Both the position numbers and the translations under genes were made by a program. Below are positions 59,651 to 64,000 of a stretch of 64,000 nt of DNA, piece by piece (the first letter of the stretch is position 1; each line of letters starts with the position of its first letter). This DNA comes from a virus. The stretch lies in IMG/VR virus record IMGVR_UViG_3300047323_000675. One strand, written 5' to 3'. Below the pieces are notes generated by a model that saw only the letters and a list, made by a program, of their open reading frames with translations, ran no database searches and was not told the origin of the DNA.

Positions 59651-60534
59651 AATTTAAGTCGTTTACTTTTATTTTCTTCCTGCGAGATAATTAATTCATT
59701 ATTTAAATTCTGTTTTAAATCTCTTACTTTAAACCAATTTTGAATTTCTATATTATCTTTAATAGACTCTTCAATTTTTTGATCTTTCTTTATGTCATAT
59801 TCAAATATAAAATATTTAACAATTTCAAAATTTTTATCTTGAATAGCTGTAATAAATTGCGAATTAATATCTACATGTTCATTAATATAAGTATTCTTTA
59901 AAAGATAATCCAATGCATCTACAGAACTATATCTTCGAACATTTGAGAAAATTTCTTTATAAGTAGAGGAAGTAATATTTTGTAATAAATCTGTATCTTC
60001 CAATAAGTATTTTGCAACATTTACATAATTATTTGCACAAGCTCTTTGAAATCCTATTACATACTTTTGTGGATCAACATGAACTTTAATATCGGGTGAT
60101 ACCAATAAATACTTAACTATTTCTAACTCTCCACTACCACAAGCAGAAATGAAAGAATTAGGATTTTCGAAAATGTCTATATAATCTACATTATCATCTG
60201 TAAGTAGGAATTTAACAATATCTAAATGACCATAAGCTGCGGAAGTAGATAAAGCTGCCCCAATCTCATTATCAGATCTTTTCGTATTCTTTAAATCCTC
60301 AGAAGTGAGAAGATATTTTGCAATATCTAAATGTCCATTTTTACATGCAATAATTAATGAATTAGAATATTCAAACTGTTTAGTAACATAATATTCTTTA
60401 GCTTTTAATGGTAAATCTTTATCAGTTAAGAGTAATTTAACCAAATCTAAATTACCATTTTCACATGCTTCTGCTAGAGACTCATTAAGTTCATCTTGGT
60501 TTTTATTTATATATAAACTTTTATCAATTTTCAT
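59647..60534 (-). CDS. ankyrin-repeat protein (many repeats)
   Basis: ACKNGHLDIAKYLL; ends KRLKL. Confidence 0.93.
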   Translation of the reverse strand: MKIDKSLYINKNQDELNESLAEACENGNLDLVKLLLTDKDLPLKAKEYYVTKQFEYSNSLIIACKNGHLDIAKYLLTSEDLKNTKRSDNEIGAALSTSAAYGHLDIVKFLLTDDNVDYIDIFENPNSFISACGSGELEIVKYLLVSPDIKVHVDPQKYVIGFQRACANNYVNVAKYLLEDTDLLQNITSSTYKEIFSNVRRYSSVDALDYLLKNTYINEHVDINSQFITAIQDKNFEIVKYFIFEYDIKKDQKIEESIKDNIEIQNWFKVRDLKQNLNNELIISQEENKSKRLKL

Positions 60535-60537
60535 GTT

Positions 60538-61125
60538 TTATAATTTTATTTTTTTTATGTTGTTTTTGTTTTCTATCACTGTTAATTCATTATTCAAATT
60601 TTTATTCAAATCTCTAAGAGTAAAAATTTGATCAATAGTTTCGTCTGGATTTTCGTGTAGAAAATTATTAATTTTTTCAGTTTTTTGTGCGCCCTCATCA
60701 ATAATAATAAATGAAATAACATGATAATGTTTATTGATAGCAGCCTGTATTAAAGAATCACTATAAATATCATTAAGATTAGGAATATTTTTTCCGATAA
60801 TTTCAAAAAAGTACTGAACTATATCAAGATGACCACCTAAACATGCTGATGTTAATCCACCATAATCATCTGAACTAATATCAATATTTTTTTCTAATTC
60901 TATTGATGAAACTAAATACTTAACTAATTCAATATTTCCGGCATAGCATGCCCATTGAAAACCTGTGAGTTCTATTGAAGAAATATTAGCATGGCTTTCT
61001 AATTCAGAAGATGTTAAAAGAAACTTAACAAGTTCTATTTCATTATTTTTACAAGCAGTATTTAAAGCTAAATTAAGCTGATTAATCGTTGAATCATGAT
61101 ATTTATCATAATAAATTTTTTTCAT
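60538..61125 (-). CDS. ankyrin-repeat protein
   Basis: GFQWACYAGNIELVKYL; ends KKIKL. Confidence 0.92.
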   Translation of the reverse strand: MKKIYYDKYHDSTINQLNLALNTACKNNEIELVKFLLTSSELESHANISSIELTGFQWACYAGNIELVKYLVSSIELEKNIDISSDDYGGLTSACLGGHLDIVQYFFEIIGKNIPNLNDIYSDSLIQAAINKHYHVISFIIIDEGAQKTEKINNFLHENPDETIDQIFTLRDLNKNLNNELTVIENKNNIKKIKL

Positions 61126-61129
61126 ATAT

Positions 61130-61822
61130 TCACATTTTCAATTTTTTATCTTGTAAGTTTCTAATATGTAACTCTTGATGTAGCTCATCATGAACATCTC
61201 TTAATTTAAACATTTTTTCAACTTCAGAATTAGGGTAAGTCTGCATTATGGACTTAATATGATCATTTTTATCAATATAATAATCAAATATAAGATATTG
61301 TAGCACATCTAGACTATTTCTTAGTGAAGCTAGTTTAAAACTATCATGTGTTGAATCATTTATATCAGGATGTATTTCTAAATCAGGTGATGTAAGCAAA
61401 TAACGAACAACCTCTACATGATTATTCTGACATGCTAACTGTAAAGCATAATTATTAGCATCAAGAATATCTGAATGCACTTTTAACTCGGGTGAACATG
61501 CCATGTATTTAACAACATCAATATGGCCATTCATACATGCAATTTGAAAACAATAATTATTACTTGCTGTAATATTGCAATGATCTTTTAAATCAGGTGA
61601 AGTTAATAAATACTTTACTATATTTAGTCGTCCATATTCACAAGCTTTTTCTAAAAAATATTCTTTATTAAAATGAATATCTATTTCATCTGCGTTCTGT
61701 ACAAATGGAGATTTAAAAATATATTCTATATCTCCAAGTGAACCTTTTGTAATTGCCACTGTTATCGCAGTATATAAGTCTGCGGCACTATATTCATCAT
61801 ATTTGCTAGGGTCATCTATCAT
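61130..61822 (-). CDS. ankyrin-repeat protein, first gene of the array
   Basis: ALQLACQNNHVEVVRYLL; ends KKLKM. Confidence 0.92.
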   Translation of the reverse strand: MIDDPSKYDEYSAADLYTAITVAITKGSLGDIEYIFKSPFVQNADEIDIHFNKEYFLEKACEYGRLNIVKYLLTSPDLKDHCNITASNNYCFQIACMNGHIDVVKYMACSPELKVHSDILDANNYALQLACQNNHVEVVRYLLTSPDLEIHPDINDSTHDSFKLASLRNSLDVLQYLIFDYYIDKNDHIKSIMQTYPNSEVEKMFKLRDVHDELHQELHIRNLQDKKLKM

Positions 61823-61847
61823 AGCTCTACCTTAATTACCTTTACAT

Positions 61848-61875
61848 ATTATACTTGTTACATTTAGATAATCAA
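61848..61875 (-). promoter_or_regulatory. sigma70-type promoter heading the array
   Basis: TTGATT-16 nt-TATAAT; TAAGGT SD-like site before the ATG at 61822. Confidence 0.55.
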
Positions 61876-61891
61876 TTTAATTACAAAATAC

Positions 61892-61919
61892 TTGCATTAT
61901 GAAACAAGCTTAGTATATT
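61892..61919 (+). promoter_or_regulatory. divergent sigma70-type promoter for the glycine-zipper gene
   Basis: TTGCAT-16 nt-TATATT; AAGGAGA SD downstream. Confidence 0.4.
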
Positions 61920-61944
61920 GTTATTAAATAAATAAGGAGAATAT

Positions 61945-62433
61945 ATGAAGAAAATATCAATTTTAAGCTTAATGTTAGCTGCAAATATGGCCTATGCTGT
62001 TGAAGATACAGCAACAATTAAAAGAGTTGAACCACAATATTCTACTGTAAATAAACCAGTTGAAGTTTGTAGAGAAGAAACTATTCAACCACAAGCTCAA
62101 CCAGAAAAAAGCTATGGTGGTGCTATTTTAGGTGGTCAAGTTGGTAAGGGCAATGGAAAAGTAGTCGCAAGTGCTGCTGGTGCTGTAGCAGGCGCATTAA
62201 TTGGTGACAATATAAGCAATAAAAATGCTGTAGCAAGTGGAAATATTCAATATGAGCCACAAGTGGTAAACCGCCAAGTTCGTCATTGCCATGTAGAAAA
62301 TAGATCTACTGAAGAGTTAACTGGCTACCGTGTTGATTATACATATAATGGTAAACCATATAGCTTTGTTTCTCAAGAAAAACCAGTCGGCTCAAAATTA
62401 AGAGTTAATGTAGATGTTCAGCCTATTTTATAA
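61945..62433 (+). CDS. YcfJ-like glycine zipper 2TM exported/outer-membrane protein
   Basis: Signal peptide; GGQVGKGNGKVVASAAGAVAGALIG; C-terminal GYRVDYTYNGK; strong SD. Confidence 0.85.
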   Translation: MKKISILSLMLAANMAYAVEDTATIKRVEPQYSTVNKPVEVCREETIQPQAQPEKSYGGAILGGQVGKGNGKVVASAAGAVAGALIGDNISNKNAVASGNIQYEPQVVNRQVRHCHVENRSTEELTGYRVDYTYNGKPYSFVSQEKPVGSKLRVNVDVQPIL

Positions 62434-62448
62434 ATGTTAATTGATAAT

Positions 62449-62474
62449 AAAAAAGCCTCAATAGAGGCTTTTTT
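62449..62474. terminator. bidirectional intrinsic terminator
   Basis: aaaaaagcctc-aata-gaggctttttt between convergent genes. Confidence 0.9.
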
Positions 62475-62488
62475 CATAAATAGATTAC

Positions 62489-62893
62489 TTAAACTTCAAT
62501 ACGAATATTGTGGAAATCATTTTGTTTCATTATGATTGTATGAATAAAATTGATAATATCATCATCTTTATTTAACTTATTTTTTCCTAAAATTTTTTCA
62601 ATAATTGAACGCTTTTTTTCTACCATCACACGCCATTCACCTAGATTTGATTCTTTATTTAAATCGTCAGCATTTCCACCAACTCCTATAAAGTAATTAT
62701 GCCTTTTATATTTTATATAAAAAGCCCAACCCCAATCTTCTTGAAAAGGTTCAGTAGTAATTATATTAATTAAATTTAATTCTTGACCTAACCAATTAGC
62801 AAAATCTTCACCAAAACAACAATCATTGATAAAGTCAGGTTTTACTTCTGATAAGTTGAATTTATTGGTATCAAATAAAATATGAATAATCAT
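62489..62893 (-). CDS. hypothetical protein
   Basis: 134-aa ORF with INDCCFGEDFANWL and EDWGW motifs; family not confidently assigned. Confidence 0.7.
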   Translation of the reverse strand: MIIHILFDTNKFNLSEVKPDFINDCCFGEDFANWLGQELNLINIITTEPFQEDWGWAFYIKYKRHNYFIGVGGNADDLNKESNLGEWRVMVEKKRSIIEKILGKNKLNKDDDIINFIHTIIMKQNDFHNIRIEV

Positions 62894-62947
62894 TTTAAAT
62901 CCTGTATTAATAAATTGATACTAACAAATAAAAATAAAATTACAAAC

Positions 62948-62972
62948 AAAAAAAGCCCATGAAGGGCTTTTT
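62948..62972 (-). terminator. intrinsic terminator of infC
   Basis: aaaaagccc-ttcat-gggc followed by a T-run on the minus strand. Confidence 0.88.
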
Positions 62973-62974
62973 GT

Positions 62975-63561
62975 GATTAACAACGAAAACGAATTGATTA
63001 GGGTTTAACCTTTTGGGCTGGTTTTTTTGCAGGCTTAAGAATGAAGTTCATATCTCTGCCACCAAAACTAACCTTGCCATCCAATGCACCAACATCTTCA
63101 ACAGTAGCAAGAATTTTATCAATAAATTCTTTGTTGAGATCTTGCATGGTGCTTTCTCTATAGCTCTTGAATTTGATAACAACTTTAACTTTATGATTAT
63201 CATTTAAGAATTCGGCTACTTTTTTAGCCTTTAAGTTAAAATCGTTATCACCAATAACAGGGCGGAAGCTCATGCTTTTCATTTCTTGGCTACGATTTTT
63301 AAAGTCTTGTTTTTCACGCTTTTTCTTCTCGTGATATAGCCATGACTCGTAATTCAAGATTTTGCAAATAGCCATAGTTTGATTCATGCCAACTTGCATC
63401 AAATCCAACTCTTGTTCATATGCTTTTTCTAATGCCTCTTTTAAAGAAAACTGACCAAGCTTATTGCCTTCTGTATCCAAAAGCATCACCGATGATGCCT
63501 TTATTTCCTCATTTACTAAATGTTCTTTTTCCAAGTTTTTTTTCTCCATTCGTTGTTAATC
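62975..63561. repeat. perfect 13-bp inverted repeat flanking infC
   Basis: gattaacaacgaa at 62975-62987 and its reverse complement ttcgttgttaatc at 63549-63561. Confidence 0.9.
62998..63549 (-). CDS. infC: translation initiation factor IF-3 (divergent, stand-alone)
   Basis: VNEEI, ICKILNY, SFRPVIGDNDFNLK, FLNDNHKVKVVIKF, GRDMNFILKP match IF-3 N- and C-domains; ATG start with in-frame TAA 9 nt upstream. Confidence 0.9.
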   Translation of the reverse strand: MEKKNLEKEHLVNEEIKASSVMLLDTEGNKLGQFSLKEALEKAYEQELDLMQVGMNQTMAICKILNYESWLYHEKKKREKQDFKNRSQEMKSMSFRPVIGDNDFNLKAKKVAEFLNDNHKVKVVIKFKSYRESTMQDLNKEFIDKILATVEDVGALDGKVSFGGRDMNFILKPAKKPAQKVKP

Positions 63562-63567
63562 GTTAAA

Positions 63568-63576
63568 ATTATACCA
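63568..63576 (-). promoter_or_regulatory. extended -10 promoter element of infC (TGGTATAAT)
   Basis: TGnTATAAT predicts a transcription start near 63561. Confidence 0.55.
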
Positions 63577-63766
63577 CATTTTAAAAAAATTCAATAGTTT
63601 TAATTATTTTTATATCAAATTTTTAAGTTTTTGTTGTTCATTACCTATTATATATCTATTTACATATTAAATTCCATTTATAGATTTATTAATAACATGT
63701 ATTAGAAGTAATTAAAAGTATAATTTAACATTAACAAATTGAAAAAATTCGTTAATAAAAAATACA

Positions 63767-63952
63767 TTAATAACTTCCCTTAGATTTTAATTCTGAAATT
63801 AAATCTTTATATTTATTTTCAATATATAGCTTTGCCTCTTTGAATGCTTCTTCTTTATTTTTGAATTCTAAATACATTAAATTAGCTGCTTCAATTTCAA
63901 TTTTTTTATCAATGTCTGCCTTAGATGTAACAGGGCTTTGAACATAGCTCAT
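63767..63952 (-). CDS. small hypothetical protein
   Basis: 61-aa ORF with AGGAG SD upstream. Confidence 0.6.
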   Translation of the reverse strand: MSYVQSPVTSKADIDKKIEIEAANLMYLEFKNKEEAFKEAKLYIENKYKDLISELKSKGSY

Positions 63953-64000
63953 ATTTATCTCCTATTTATTTTTATTATTTAAATTAGTAATTGTTTTGAA

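Larger units (their letters stand above)
2..61822 (-). repeat. Tandem array of 85 co-oriented genes (79 ankyrin-family paralogs); may continue past the left window edge
   Basis: ORF track shows consecutive minus-strand ORFs sharing ACxxGHLxxVKYLLTSPEL repeats and a K-x-K-[LIVM] C-terminus; the only interruption is the HTH/tnpB segment at 17583-19758. Confidence 0.95.

Noticed and set aside
2-61822. CRISPR array suggested by ~105-bp periodic repeats
   Set aside because: The repeats are in-frame coding units with codon-position variation; no cas genes, and no constant repeat with unique spacers
2-61822. Integron cassette array or diversity-generating retroelement as the engine of the array
   Set aside because: Genes overlap, leaving no room for attC sites; no integrase or reverse transcriptase and no template/variable repeat pair seen in the window
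2-61822. C-terminal F-box/PRANC domain as in Orientia and poxvirus ankyrins
   Set aside because: No LPxE[IL]xxxI-type motif seen; the C-terminal module is a different YFIFELNIEK/RELNxEL unit (an HMM search would confirm)
2773-63207. Short plus-strand ORFs in the track (2773..2961, 3406..3609, 14605..14793, 20255..20536, 22736..22966, 23192..23491, 24933..25322, 35656..35877, 43944..44225, 49694..49876, 53814..54035, 56877..57059, 63013..63207)
   Set aside because: All lie antisense to longer, family-supported genes and have shadow-frame composition with no recognisable motifs
1-64000. tRNA/rRNA genes
   Set aside because: No intergenic space or GC-rich structured segment of suitable size seen; a tRNAscan/Infernal run would be needed to exclude them formally

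Overview
Very AT-rich bacterial-type DNA (code 11) dominated by one tandem gene array. From 61822 down to position 2, 85 ORFs lie head-to-tail on the minus strand. 79 are paralogous ankyrin-family proteins built from an atypical ~35-aa repeat (consensus approx. ADIHAxNDxALRxACENGHLEIVKYLLTSPELKEH); a few of these are minimal or degenerate. 82 of the 85, including three non-ankyrin proteins (one an LPD1-like HExxH metallopeptidase), end in the same module: an R-[DE]-L-N-x-E-L helix, an Asn-rich linker and a basic K-x-K-[LIVM]-stop tail. This looks like a shared export/delivery signal on a large effector-like arsenal (inference). 45 junctions are 4-bp ATGA overlaps written by the tail itself. 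The only plus-strand gene in the array is an XRE-family HTH gene, split at a GG dinucleotide by a 1918-bp tnpB-only IS607-like element; its ends, TAM and guide can be read from the sequence. Right of the array are a YcfJ-like glycine-zipper gene, a hypothetical gene and a stand-alone divergent infC (IF-3) whose predicted 5' leader is perfectly complementary to its own 3' UTR. No rRNA, tRNA or CRISPR array was seen. The replicon (protist endosymbiont chromosome versus giant phage/plasmid of a proteobacterium) cannot be decided from this window.
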